Source: Octopus bimaculoides
Lineage: Eukaryota
Assembly: GCF_001194135.2 (NCBI RefSeq)
Contig: NC_068981.1
Location: forward strand, 119,880,663 to 119,944,662
Reading direction: 5' to 3'
Length of the DNA: 64,000 nt
The translations under genes were made by a program, and so were the position numbers. Under the pieces are notes generated by a model that was not told the DNA's origin, made no database searches, and saw nothing but the letters and a program-made list of their open reading frames with translations. This document shows, piece by piece, positions 39,336-53,242 of this stretch. Every line of letters starts with the position of its first letter. Position 1 is the first letter of the stretch.

Positions 39336-40502
39336 AATACTGAGATCACTCTCCCAGACCAGAAACTATTTCAGCTTTGAGTAGCAATGGAGTATGACAC
39401 TACTCTAAATTATTACTTATATTACTGTAAAACTCCATGTAATATGCACACTTTTCTTCACCAAAATTAAGATTAAAATATGAGGGGCATCAAATACTTG
39501 GAATTAAGCTGCTAAGCTTTTCTCCACCAACTTCTAGTAAGAAAAGGCACAAAATAATGTAGTGATAAACCTTATTATTTTTTGCATATCAACACATTTT
39601 ATATAAAATGAAATATCAAAAATTAATGGAAAAGTTTGGATAATGATAATGAAATGAAAAGTGAGCCACTATATAACTAGAAGAGGCAAACTGGTACATG
39701 ATGAGTTTATTTTAACAACGTTTAAAGTAAAAAGTTAACTTCTCAAGTCATGCCAACTCATAAGGGCCAGTTTCTTGGTTTCCATGGTGTATAAATTCCC
39801 CACCTGGACAGGTCACTGGTCTGTTGCAGGGTTACACATTTTTGGCAGCTGAGTGGACAGGAGCAATGTGAAATGAAGTGTTTTGCTCAAGAACACGTGT
39901 TGCCCGGTCCAGGAATTGAAACCACAATCTTACGATCATTAATCCAATACCCTAATCACTAAGCCATGTGCCTCCATTTTAACACTGTTTGCTCCTATGA
40001 AATTTCAAACTCTGGTCCACCTCGGTCAAATCCTGTCACAGGCCCAATTCTCCCTTCTCTTAGTAACTTATTCCTTATTATCATTATCCAAACTTTTCTT
40101 CTAAGCATTCTGTTCCATAATTCTTTCCAAGAGCTGCATCCCACTGGAATTCTTGCCTCCAGTCACATTGTACATGCAAAGACTAAACTGCAGAAATTTA
40201 AAGTGAACCTTGGCCATATCAATCTCTCCAGTCTGTCCTTAATTACCAGTCCAAAAATGTTTGCAAAATCTATGAATATTCCTTTGCTTTACCCAAATTA
40301 ACTTTAAAAAATAATTGTGTCCATGTGCCAAAATTTGAAAAGTTATGAAGCAATATATTTATTCAAAAGAGAATTTTTGAGAAAAATTTTACTTTAGTTT
40401 CAAAAATACTGAAGGGCAAAATAACTCTATAAATCCCAAATAGATTTATGAATACTGAACACTCCATATGCAAATATTGATTGATGGGTGCAAAAGTAAA
40501 AC

Positions 40503-41293
40503 AAAATCATCATCATTATCTGTTTTCCATGCTGGCATGGGTTGGATGGTTTAACAGGTGCTGGCCAGCTAAGGAGCTGTCCAAACTCTGTCTGTTGTGG
40601 CATGGTTTCAACAGCTGGATGCCTTTCCTAATGCCAACCACTTTACAGAGTGTGCTGGGTGCTTTTTATGTGCCATCAACATCATCATTTAACATCCATC
40701 TTCCATGCATGCATGCATGGGTAGGATGGTTGACAGGAGCCAAGGCTACTGTGTCTGTATTGGCAGGGATATTATGGCTGGATGCCCTTCCTAACACCAG
40801 CCACTCCACAGAGTGGACTCAGTGCTTTTTTACATGGCACTAGCACAGGCGAAGTTAGTTTTGGCAAGATTTTTACAGCTGGATGCCCCTCCAGACACCA
40901 ACAACATTACAGTGTGGACTGGATGCTTTTAATGTGGCACCAGTACTGGCAAGGTAACCAAGTAGCTCACAACAGAAAAGGAATTATGAAAGGAGCAGGG
41001 CATGTGTCAGAGGATGAAAGTTAGAGTGTGACAAAGAGACAGAAGCAGGTGTCTTGCCACAACAGAGGGGACATTAGAGGAGGTGATCCAGTACCAAATG
41101 ATGAAAGGGTAGGGTGTAACAGAGAAATAGAGAGGCAGAAATAGGTGTCATGCTATAGGGGAGGTACATGGTTACAGAGAGAGAGAGAGAGAAAGAGAGG
41201 GACCAGAAACAAGTGTGCTGATGTATAAGTGATACTTGATTACCTAGTCAGAGGAAAAACAAGAGAAGGAGAGAGAGTGACCAAAAGGAAGGA

Positions 41294-41329
<36 letters not shown>

Positions 41330-42540
41330 GAAACAGCAAAAGTGTAAGAGAGTGCAGAAGAGAGATGGTGTAACAAGAATATGAGTGTAGAACCTGGTTA
41401 GAAAAGTAAGGTGTGGGTGATGGGGGGAGCAGTAATACAGTGTGTACGGCAGTGAAAGCAAGAAAGGGGACTGAAAAACAATCTTAATATATGAGGGGGA
41501 AATGTGAAGAAGAGAAAGATACAATTAGAAGAGTTGTAGCTTGATTTCTTAGGGAAGAGTAGGTGAAAAGTGTGTTCTTACATGTGGGTGGGATACAGCT
41601 CTTCTAGCACTCAGTTTTGTAGACGGGTCTTCACGAGGACCTCATATCGCCAAACATCTCCATCTACTGTCATTTCCTCCGTGAGCCCCAGCATCCTAAG
41701 ATCAGTCCTTATCAGTTCATCCCATGTCTTCCTGAGTCTCCCTCTTCCACAGGTACCATCCACTTTCAGCGACAGGCACTTCTGTATACAGCTGTCATCA
41801 CTCATATGCATCACATGCTCAAACCAACGCAATATCCTCTCCTGCATATCACATTTAATCCCTCTTATGCCTAACTTTTCTCTCAACACAGTTGTGCTTT
41901 GTCGGTCATGCACACTGATGTTGCAAATCCAACAGAGCATACTACTTTCATTTCTTTCCAGCCTATGCATATCCTCTGCAGTCAGAACCCATGCCTCACT
42001 ACCATGTAACATAGCTGTTCTCACACAAGCGTCATACAACCTACCTTTCACTCTGAGAGAGAGTCCTTTTACTGCCAACAGAAGTAATAGTTCTCTGAAC
42101 TTCCTCCACCCTATTCTTATTCTAGAAACAATACTTTCAGAGCATCCACCACCCTTACTAATTTGGTCACCTAAATAGCAGAAACTATCTACTACCTCAA
42201 GAGAGCCTCCTGGGCATTTGAGAGAGTTTAAGTTCCTCGTGCTCTTGGTACTTACTGTTCCTGCACATCCGCCACACAAAAACAACCTTATCTGATAATC
42301 TTCCCACAATTCCACTGCATCTCTCATGCGTCCATAGCTTACACTTGGTGCAGTGCATGAAATTACATTCCACTCCTTTCTTACATATTGAACAGAGCCA
42401 TTTGCCACCTGGAATGAGAGTCATGTCTCCTTTCCTGCTAACAACTTTAATCTTAGCCCTTCAATTCCAGGTTTTGTTTTCAAACCTAGAACCTCTTCAA
42501 ATTCTGCAATAAGAGCAGAATCATCCGCATATAGTAGTTC
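40503..42540 (-). mobile_element. 5'-truncated RTE LINE with Cys-rich insert and long 3' UTR
   Basis: ORF 41611-42408: SFCYLGDQIS...GWRKFRELL...RLYDACVRTAMLHGSE...LRWFEHV...GRGRLRKTW. Upstream frame contains LYADD. 3' tail ends in (GAT)n. Confidence 0.93.
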
Positions 42541-43313
42541 CCATGGGCACAATATTTCATTTGATAAATGTTAACTTATTTACATGTCTATATATTTACT
42601 AAAATTGCAAAAAATACAAAAATGAGGCAAATGAAATCCTAAAATTGATATTTCTCAGCATCAACTTTTAATCTTTGACATTGTGGACGCTCCTGTCGTA
42701 GATGACAGATGAAGGTTCTGTTGGACAACCTGCTCAGATGATTTGTTCACAGTGATTAAATGTTTGTGCTGCACGTTAGTTCACTCTCACCATCAATTTG
42801 ACATTTCCTGTACAGGTGCAATATATATATATACACACAAAACTCATAAATTTTCAAATAAAATATACTGCAATGTGTTTGGCATGTAAAAAGTTATTGG
42901 ATAAGTAGGATGTATGGGAAGTAATTGCATGCCTTACAACTACATTTGCTTTCCTTATTGGAAAACTAGAAATAGAATTCCTAAGAAATTCATTCTGGAC
43001 TTAATAATAGAGAACTACTACTATTATACTGTGGGAAAATGAATTAAGTTAATGTTTGTGACAAAGCCCCAACATTTAGAACTACATTATTCTATGTGTA
43101 AGCAATGGCTAAAAGAAAGAGTTGAACGAGGTAATGGCTCACTTTACATCAAAGTAAGTAAAAAGATCAACGAGAGATCAACATCCCTTAGAAATGTTTG
43201 CTTTCCTTATTGTACAAATAGAAACAGAAGTCCTAAGAAATTCATTCTGGACTTAATAATAGAGAACAGCTACTATTATATTGTGGGGAAATGGATTCAG
43301 TTAATTTACTTAC

Positions 43314-43493
43314 CAGGAATTAAAAATTGTCCATCAGGACCTTGGGCATACTGTACAATAGTGGCAGTACCAGATGTTGTACCAGCACCAGATGATGGAT
43401 TTGCATTGGTCATTGTTAATGTTTGAAGACCTTGACCAGCCACTGTTCCTTCTGGATGTGTAGTTATTTGGATGGCACCAGATGGGACTAATG
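43314..43493 (-). CDS. CREB1: CREB1 Q2 glutamine-rich activation-domain exon
   Basis: attttag|CA...CCTG|gtaagt, 180 nt, phase 1-1. Reads LVPSGAIQITTHPEGTVAGQGLQTLTMTNANPSSGAGTTSGTATIVQYAQGPDGQFLIP; the GAIQ, QGLQTLTMTN and QYAQ..DGQ motifs match CREB1. Confidence 0.95.
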
Positions 43494-45619
43494 CTAAAAT
43501 AAAATGGAAAAAGGAAACAAAAATGTAATATTATACTGCCATAGCAGAAGTAAATATATATTTTTAGAAGCATTGAAATGTGAGTTCAGTTTATAGCAAA
43601 ATGAAATAGACATAAAATAGTAAAAACAGTTAAACTTGAATGTGTGAAATTAAGCATAACAATTTTGGAAAAATAGTGTGTATATGTGTGTTATAGAAAG
43701 AGAATGATCTCACTTTCAAATTATAAAGAGAGAAACACTATGAACATTTCAATAAGGGAGAACTAAATATTCTTCCAAATTCATAACATAAGAGAAATAA
43801 AAAGAAGCAAACAATCTCTGCAAATCAAAATCTCCATACAAAAGAAGTTGTTTGCAAAACAAAGAATAAAACTCTAAAAAGACATTGTGTGTGTGTGTTT
43901 AAAAAACATACAGTAACACATCTTCCAGGAGACAATGTCAAAGAGTAATCAGAAGACACAAATTCTCAAAGTAACTCTTGGAGGTAAATTCATTAGTCAG
44001 ATCTTAAAAGCTCCTTAATTCATTATGTACTGGTTCAAGAGTGTAGGCAATTGAAATCACTCAGGTTTGGTGATCTCATTCATCTACTAACTAAAAATGG
44101 CTAATTGAAACTACCAAAAGTATCAGTGTGATAGTGGTACTTCCAAGATTATAACAATAAACTAATTAAGTCTTTGACATACTAAAAGCAACTTATTAAA
44201 AAATTACAATTTGAACAATCTATGCTAAAATGTTGCCATATATAAGGTTTTGTTGCTTCAAGAAGAAAAACTGAAAACACAAGAACTATGATGACCAAAT
44301 GAAGGCACTTCAATATTCACCAGCTAGAAATGGCAGCCAAATCTACCTTCAATTAAATGCACTTAAAAAAGAAGCGTACTATCTTGAATAACATGATGCT
44401 TTAAAATACATTAAACCTGAGGGAAAAAAGACAGGATGACTTTGGTTCACCATAGGTCTTCTCAATCAAATTGGGACTAAACTACAACATTTACTCCCAC
44501 AACTGGATAATTAAAATGATGAATGAAATCTAGCAACAAAAAGAAAAGAGCCACAACAGTTCATATAAGTATAAGAATTTATAGCAATATCAAATCCATA
44601 AGAAATAAAACAAATCTCAAGAAAAAAAGGATGATAATCAGATACATTAATAAAATTGAAATCTTGATGCAAACATACTTAATTATTTCCAAGCAGCTTA
44701 AATAGAAAAACTGAGGATTAAACAGATAATTACTAATAATGAACTTCTTGATAAAGACATTCGAGCGAGATCGTTGCCAGTGCCACTGGACTGGCTCCTG
44801 TGCAGGTGGCATGTAAAATACACCATTTTGAGCATGGCCGTTGCCAGTACCGCCTGACTGGCCTTCGTGCCGGTGGCACATAAAAGCACCCACTACACTC
44901 TCAGAGTAGTTGGCGTTAAGAAGGGCATCCAGCTGTAGAAACTCTGCCAAATCAGATTGGAGCTTGGTGTAGCCATCTGGTTCACCAGTCCTCAGTCAAA
45001 TCGTCCAACCCATGCTAGCATGGAAAGTGGACGTTAAACGATGATGATGATGATGATATGTGAGAATACAATTTAGGATTACATTTTTTTGTAGATTGTC
45101 TGTAATAACAAAACTTCCAAAGCATCTAAACCAACAGAAAAACTTAAGCCTTGAAGGGATTTTAAGGACTGATACTCATGGTATAAAGTAAAAGAGAGAC
45201 TGTTCTTTCCCCAGACTGAATACTAGTCTACCACAGGTGAAAATTGTCACATGATCTAGTATCAATTTTCAATAATCAAGTAAAACGAAATTAATTTTTT
45301 GTTGGGCAAGTGTTTGCTACTATAGTCTTAAGTCAACTACTTCCTTGTAAATGAAATTGGTAGATGGAAACTGTGAAAACGTGTGTGTGTGTGTGTTTGC
45401 CTGTATATGCCTTAATGTTTGACATCACTTGAAAGAAACAATGTCTGAGTTTTATCTCCTGAGGTATGAAAACTAGAAATTACTAAAATAAATAAATAAA
45501 TAAATAAAACAACTGGAGTCACATAACTGATTAAAATCTTTCAAGCAGTCGTCCAGCATGGCCACAGTCTAGTGATTGAAACAAGTAAAAAGTAATAAAG
45601 AATAGAACAAACTTCAGTA

Positions 45620-46155
45620 GAATTCTGGTTTAAGTACCCCATATAACCCCGCATAACTTTTTATTTTTTTTATTTTGAGGAATTTTCAGAAAATTTTTGC
45701 AAATTCATAAAATTATGCAAAAAGCAACAAAAAGATTATTTTGAGTGTGATTTAAAAGCAATTTAACTGTTACTTTTAGCTCATCCCATGACTGCCTGAT
45801 ACTTTACTTGTTTCTTTGTTACTCTGACATGTATTGATGATTTTTAATATTTTTCTCTCCTTAAACACATTTAATGAAATAATGATGCACCCAAGGTCCA
45901 TTGCTGGGGTTTAAGCAAAAAATTCGGACTGTCTGTATTTTAAACTCTGACTTGTAAAACGAATTCAAAAAAGAGTGGAACTTTTAGGATCTAGGAGTAG
46001 GAGATTTGAAAAATTTTCTGAAAATTTTTTTGTCTTAATCATATGAATTCCTCTGTGTAGAACGCAAATTCGCAAAAATTTTCTGAAAATTTCCAAAAAT
46101 AAAAAAAAGTTAAAAAAGTTATGAGGGACTATATGGGATGCTTAAACCAGAATTC
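45620..46155. mobile_element. MITE with TIRs of about 95 bp ending in GAATTC
   Basis: Left end GAATTCTGGTTTAAGTACCCCATATA; right end (reverse complement) GAATTCTGGTTTAAGCATCCCATATA. Confidence 0.8.
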
Positions 46156-46432
46156 CATCCAAACTTCTTTGCTTGGAAACAACAAGATACCAACAATAGA
46201 TTAGTTTTAAACTTAAGATCTATGAGCAATCTATTTACTCTAGAGTTTTCTCTTTTAACAATATGGACATTCAGATATTCAGCAAGTAGATATAATCTAC
46301 TGTGAAGTGCAGCTGGTAGCTATTTTCTATTACTTAGGTAAGGAGTAGAATGTATAACAAAATCTAGATCTAAAAGATACAGAAATTATACACTCTTAGC
46401 GACATACCAATTACACTGTATAACATGATTTT

Positions 46433-47100
46433 TGTCCTTGGGTAGCAACTGTTATTTCCTATTTGCTTACACTTTATAAAATATGAAAAATAGCTAATAT
46501 TTTCCATCAAAGTTTGTTTTTGTTACATTTATTCAAACCCCAAAGAATCCCTGTCAACATATGGCTAAGATGTTCCCTGACTACTTCTGCTCATCATCAG
46601 AGATGCACATATTGTCAGTCACTAAGAGACATGCTCAAGTGGTTGAAGTCAAGCAAAATGACAAGCAAATCTATGATATTCTTTTCTACTCTAGGCAGGC
46701 ACAAGGCCCAAAATTTTGTGGGGAGGGGTCCAATCGATTACATTGACCCCAGTATGCAACTAGTACTTAATTTATCGATTCCCAGAAGGATGAAAGGCAA
46801 AGTCAACCTCGGTGGAATTTGAACCCAGAACATAAAGACAAATGAAATACCGCTAAGCATTTTGCCTGGTGTGCTAACGTTTCTGCCAGCTCACTGCCTT
46901 GCAAATCTGTGATATTAAACAGAATATTTGCTATAACAATATTTCTGCTTCAGCAACTCAAGGCTGAATCTGTCTGAAATAGATTGGTTTCAAAACATTG
47001 ATGTCCAGGTGACAAAAGCAAAGTTTAAAGGGAATAGTAGTCATTTCCTTTGATTTCTAGATAGAAGCAAATAGGAAATAACACCTACCAACCAAGGATA
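46433..47100. mobile_element. MITE family D with a nested family-C SINE (about 46670-46905, minus)
   Basis: Colinear with 24554-24997 on both sides of the SINE; TIRs clearer in this copy. Confidence 0.8.
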
Positions 47101-48078
47101 AACACAAAAAAAATTATAATTTTGTTACTGTTATCACATACCATACATTGGAAGTTGAATGAGATTAAAACTTGCATAGAGATTTTTCAAACAAAAATGA
47201 CAGGAACAATATTAAAATATTTTAAAAGGTGATCATGAACTGCATTTAAATTGTAACCCCATGTTGCAATTTAAAATTATCAGTGGTGGCTAGGCACAAG
47301 TATGGTGAGGAGAAGTCAAGGCTGGGTTGTTAAGAAGTTTGTTTCCCAACCATATGGTTTTAGGTTCAGTCCCACTGCAAGGCACCTTGATCAAGTCTTT
47401 TCTAGCCACTGGCTGACCAAAGCCTTGTAAGGGGATTTAGTAGATGGAAGCTGAAAGAAACCTATTGTGAAAGAGTGTGTGTGTGTTTCTTTATATTTGA
47501 TCTTCCCCCAAAATCATAAGCTACAAGCAAGTGATGTTGTCACTTCTCCCTCTTGTCAACAAACCACCTGCTGGCTCTGTGCCTTTAAAGTCATATAAAA
47601 TAATAGATCCCTTACTTGTAAAATAGGTAAGGGTTGGCAACAGAAAGGGCATCCAGCTGTAAAACAATGCCTAAATAATATATTTGAGTAACCCAAGCTA
47701 GTATAGAAAAGCAATTCACACAACAAATGAAGTTCATTCTCCTTTTCAACAAAAACAGAAACCAATCTTAAAATAGTTCATTCTCAGCCTTGTAGATATT
47801 TATATGCATCACCATAATTTTTACATTCATTTTGCCATGCTGGCATAGATTTATTCTAGATATATTAATAACTACTGATGAAAGAAAAATTATAACTTTA
47901 AAGCAAAACTTGAGAAAAATGCATACAATTGTAATTTAAGCAACATGATTATGTTAATCAAATAAAATATATACTCTAAGTTTACATTGCCTTTTGAAAA
48001 TGAGACGAAATATTTTATTTCAAAAAAGACTAATAACCTCTTCAGATTGAAGGGATTATGTCAGTGCTGTAACTTTAA

Positions 48079-48711
48079 CCCTTTAGTTTTGAAACCAGCT
48101 ATATCAAACCCAAATATACTACTGGTTTTATGTTCAAACTGAAATGTCTGGCCAGTCACACCTACTCTACAAATGTCAATCTAAAAACTAAATAATCACA
48201 TCACTGAAATCTCCAAGCTGTGCCTGATTAATTCAAAACACTACACTGAAGAACGACCTGAGGAAGCTGAACCTTTCAGGCAAGACACAAGGATTGAGAT
48301 ACCTGGTGTCTGGCTGTACTCAAGAAGACCTGTACTCTGCAGCAGAAGTGTTAGGACCAATCCTTTAGATGGTGTGAAGCACTTGTGACAGTGCCATGCA
48401 AAAGTGCCCATGTGGTGCCACATAAAAGTGTTTGTGCAGCGACATGTAAAAGTGCCCGTGCAGTGCCACATAATAAATACCAGCACACTCTGCAAAGTGG
48501 TTGGCATTAGGAAGGGCATCCAGACGTAGAAACCATGCCAAATCAGACTGTAGTCTGGTGCAGCATCACCCCCAACCCTAACCCCAGCTTGCCAGCTCTG
48601 GTTACACCATCCAACCCATGGGACATTAAATGAGGACGATGATGATGATGATGATGATGAATGTGAATAAACAAGCATTACATTTGACAGATCAATTTGA
48701 ATGTTAATGGG
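48079..48711. mobile_element. piggyBac-type MITE interrupted by an RTE 3' fragment (48241-48660)
   Basis: TTAA|CCCTTTAG...AAAACA|insert|ATGTGAATAA...GGG|TTAA, colinear with 37223-37439. Confidence 0.85.
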
Positions 48712-49696
48712 TTAAACTGTGATTATTTAACAACGTACTTTGTCAAGGTTAAAACATAGATTCGAGTGGTTTGAGCAAATTTATGTATATTACAGGCACT
48801 TTACTCCCTCTTAACAAAATGTTTACATCACTCCACCAGTAACCCTTTTACAGCCAACTAATCAAAAAATATAACCCATTGCAGGTGATGAAAATTTCAA
48901 TGAAGTATTCATACATGGATAAAAATGGAAAAGAAAAACTTGTCTAAATTAACAGTGGGTACAAATTTCTAAATGCATACAAATTAATTTACATGTTAGT
49001 CTGTTACAAAGTCCTAATGTAAATCTAAATATAACTATTTGTTATCTCACTAACCCTCTTTACCAAACAGTTTCTGACACTACATATAAAACATGAAGTT
49101 GACAAGTTATTTCTTCAGTGCTAACATGCAATAGTATTACATAAAATTCCATGCTTTTTTTTTTTAATAACACAGAGATGATATAGATAAAAACATGGTG
49201 AATATTATACAAATCAACAACAATTAGACATTACAGGAAATATAATAACTGACAGCTCTCATTGAGGTTGGAGTTTTGAACAAAATAATTCAAAAGATTA
49301 CTTAAAGAATCTGCCTTAAAGAGGCAACATTCAAAGTAATTTAAAACACTAATTTATCAGAGCCACATACATAAAAATGTGCAAGATAAAAAGTGCAACA
49401 CAAAAAAGTTACAGTGTTGTTAAAGTGAAAGTGATCAGTTAAAAATATAGCTGTGTGAGATTAACTGCAATAAATTTTTTAATGAAACATGAGGTAGGTG
49501 AAAGCGTGGCTGTGTGGTTAAGAAGTTTGCTTTCCAACCACATGGCTTTGGGTTCAGTCCCACTGTGTAGCACCTGGGGCAAATGTTCTCTATTATGGTC
49601 CCAGGCTGACCAAAGCCTTGTGAGTGGATTTAGAAGAAAACTGAAAGAAGGCCATTACATATGTGCATGTGTGTATGTTGTGCATGTAAGTGAGCA

Positions 49697-49732
<36 letters not shown>

Positions 49733-51008
49733 TTCTTGTCTTGGCAGCACATGATGGTTCTATGCATGCATCACCATCATTACAATGGTGCCATTCATTT
49801 TCAATCTTCTGTGAAAACATTACTTTACTTAGAAACAGGAGAGGGTTGGTGACAAGGTTATCTGGCCATAGGAAATCTACATTAATGAATACTGGTTGAT
49901 CTATGCAAGCATAGTAAAGTGAAAATTAAAATTATAATTAAAAAAATTATGATGAGGAGAGTTCACTAAAACCTCAGTATATCTTAAATATCTATCGTTT
50001 TAAATAACCAGTCATAATTAACACTGACAATGTTATATCAGAACATATTTTTTAACTTAAAAAAAAAAAATTTAATAAAATATATGAAAGAATATGAAAC
50101 TGAATATGCCTCTATGTATGGCTATATGCTGAATAAATCTATTACACTTTAGAGAAATAAAGAACAGCAAATGAAACTCAAAGATGATACTGAAGATGCC
50201 TCAACATTTGGATAAAAGGAAATATTGTAGAATAAAGGAGAGATGGTGAAAACCATCAAGCAAGAATCCACAGCAATTCTCTAAATAATCACAGATGAAA
50301 CTTTCATTAAATTCTTGTCTGCCATTCCTTAAGAAGAAAAACACTTCCAAGTCATGAATTACTATATATATGCTTAGATATAACAGCTATGTTCATATAT
50401 TTTAAAAAGTATTACTACTATTAAACATAGGTCAACTAAGTCATTGTTACTGATACAAAGTATGAAGAATCAAGTATTCAATAAAATAATTATTAAAAGT
50501 AGAGTAGCTAAGCCATATTATTGTCACAATGTTTGAAGAATAAAATACATAACAAAGCAACAGCAACAACAGATCATCAGTCTTTGATGACATTATGAAA
50601 ACAACATAAAACATGGGAAAAGAATGAAATTGTGAAAGAGTAACAGAATCACTCATACAAACTGACCTCAAAAAACTATGTTATCTAAAACTGCTTCAGA
50701 TTGAATGACAAGAATTTCTAGAACTGGATTCTTATAAAATCAGAAACTATCCACTTTGTCATAATATAGATGATAACTAAACAATCTACAGTTAGCTGAA
50801 TAGGTCCTAAATTAAAAGGTGCTTTGATACTAATTCATGCAGTATCTAAGTGGAATCCCAAAGACCAAATCCTGAGAATTGATATAGCTATGTTGCCACA
50901 ATCTTCCAAAGGTGTGAAAGTTCACTTTTTGGGAACACATCTAATTGGAGAGGTGAATATACTTACGCTATATGCAAACATATCAAACCACTTTAAGAAT
51001 ATACTTAC

Positions 51009-51032
51009 GCAAACCTTCCATCTGGCTGTATA
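51009..51032 (-). CDS. CREB1: Candidate 24-nt in-frame CREB1 microexon
   Basis: Long polypyrimidine tract then tag|TATACAGCCAGATGGAAGGTTTGC|gtaagt. Length is a multiple of 3 and it is open in phase 1 (x-YSQMEGL-P), matching the downstream exon. No homology support. Confidence 0.6.
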
Positions 51033-52366
51033 CTAAAATTTAAGAAGAGAAGAAAAAAAAGAAAAACAAAATAAACATTCATAAATTTTAAACTGCTTTT
51101 TTTTTTTTTTAGGTAAGTTAGTTTTAAAAAGATGTCAATAAAATCTATTTTGAATTAGTTTTGTATGTTAATCAACAATAGCAACAAAAAAAATTATCTA
51201 GGAGATTTTATTATCAAGTCTTCCTTGTGAATCAGTAATAGTTATTCAACATAAAGACAAAATAAAACAACTAGAATCATTTTTTTTCCCTCGGACATTA
51301 GTGACAAAATCTCTAATAATCACTGATGGTTTCTTGCTCAGATTTCAAGCAATATAGTAGTTGCTGCAAATTGTCACTGAAGAATTAGAATTTGATCTCT
51401 CAGGAATATATCAAAGCTCTAATTATCCTCTCTGACTGGAGAAACAGAGAGAGAAAAAAGCAAGATATGGAAACAGAAGACATGTTGACCCACTGAACAG
51501 AAAATCATTACAATACACCAATCAGAAGAATTTCTAACCAAGTAATTGATAAAATAAAATTAACAAAATAAAATGAATTAAATAAAATTTCTAGACAAGT
51601 GCATGGAACCTAAATATACCCTCAGAAAACTAATCATTAGAAACCTTTAATTGCAATTTATAAAGCAGACACAGAATTAGCAAACTAATTATGGAACATA
51701 TAAGATATACAGAGAAACTAAGAATACCTGAAAAACACTTATTTAAAATGAAATATCCAACATTTTTTTTATAAAAACAAAATATTTGAAGAACAACTTG
51801 TAAAGTAGAACAAAATTATATTATTCCTGTTAACTTAAACATTGTTGAAAACAACAGAAGACCAAGACCAATAAGACTAATTACAACTGAGAAAAAATAA
51901 TGAATACTTCAGTAAATGAACATTATGACAGAATCACAATATCTAATAAAAACAAAACCTGAAGTGAGAAAACAGGTTCAAAACTGACAATATGGTTTCG
52001 TAGAAGTGAAAAAGTATTCCAAAGAAATAATATTGATTTATTGAATGCGTTCATAAAATGTAACAAGTGACCAGTAAAACAACTTTAACAGAATGGATAT
52101 TATATATATATATACATATATGATACAAAACAGGTATGTATGTTAGCGTGAAAAACATGAAATATTTTGAGCCACAGACAAATAAAGCAACAAGGAACTA
52201 TATCACACATGCAGACAGCATTAATATTTTACTAGAAGCAAAACATCAACAATGTCAGAATTAAAATGAAGATAATTTCCAATAGTACCCCACTTACAAG
52301 CAAAGATATAGAAGCAACACACACACACACACACACTCACATCTCTCTCTCTCTCTCTCTCTTTAT

Positions 52367-52420
<54 letters not shown>

Positions 52421-53242
52421 TATATATAAATATTTAAATAAACTGATAACAAAAGCAAATGACATTATTTTGAAAGAAGAAACTGGTTTCCATGGAAATT
52501 GTTAGATAATTCTCATAACAAGCAATGATTTCATCTAAACTAATTTTTATCAAAGTAAACCAGCCATTAAGTTCTTGGTCTCTTATAAAAGTTTACAACA
52601 CGCAAACACTTATATACATACACAGAGAGAAAACAAAAGTGGAATGATTAAGATCTTATATCAACCATGCAACCTACTCAAGTCACACATAAATTGTAAA
52701 TTTCATTTTGAGAACATTATTAAATAAAACTCCTGTCTGTTGTGTCACTAAGTTTTTACTGAGAACATATTTTTCGAGGTTAGATGATTTGGCATCTATT
52801 TCTAGCATATAGGAGTCCACTTTTGCTGGTCATTCCTCTTATTTTTGTATGTAATATAATTTTAATCTTCGGAGTTTTTTAATATGCTAGACCACTGGTT
52901 TTAATTGATTAATATCAATTTCTACCCTTAATAATAAATAATAAATTTTAAATAATGATGTTCTCAAACCGGTAAATTAGCTGCAAAAATTTATTAACTG
53001 CAGAGTTATTTCCGGACTTAGCACGCCAGATTGAAGACATTTGAAAAGATACACTCAATGTAATTTGTAGAACTTTACACGTGCTCCCTTTTGGGTGGAC
53101 GTCTTGTGTCTAGTTCTGGAAATTGTATTTTATAAATCGACANNNNNNNNNNNNNNNNNNNNNNNNNNNNNNNNNNNNNNNNNNNNNNNNNNNNNNNNNN
53201 NNNNNNNNNNNNNNNNNNNNNNNNNNNNNNNNNNNNNNNNNN

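Noticed and set aside
51435-51470. Strong minus-strand acceptor (tctctgtttctccag|)
   Set aside because: Stops in all three frames soon after and no nearby donor; nothing supports an exon.
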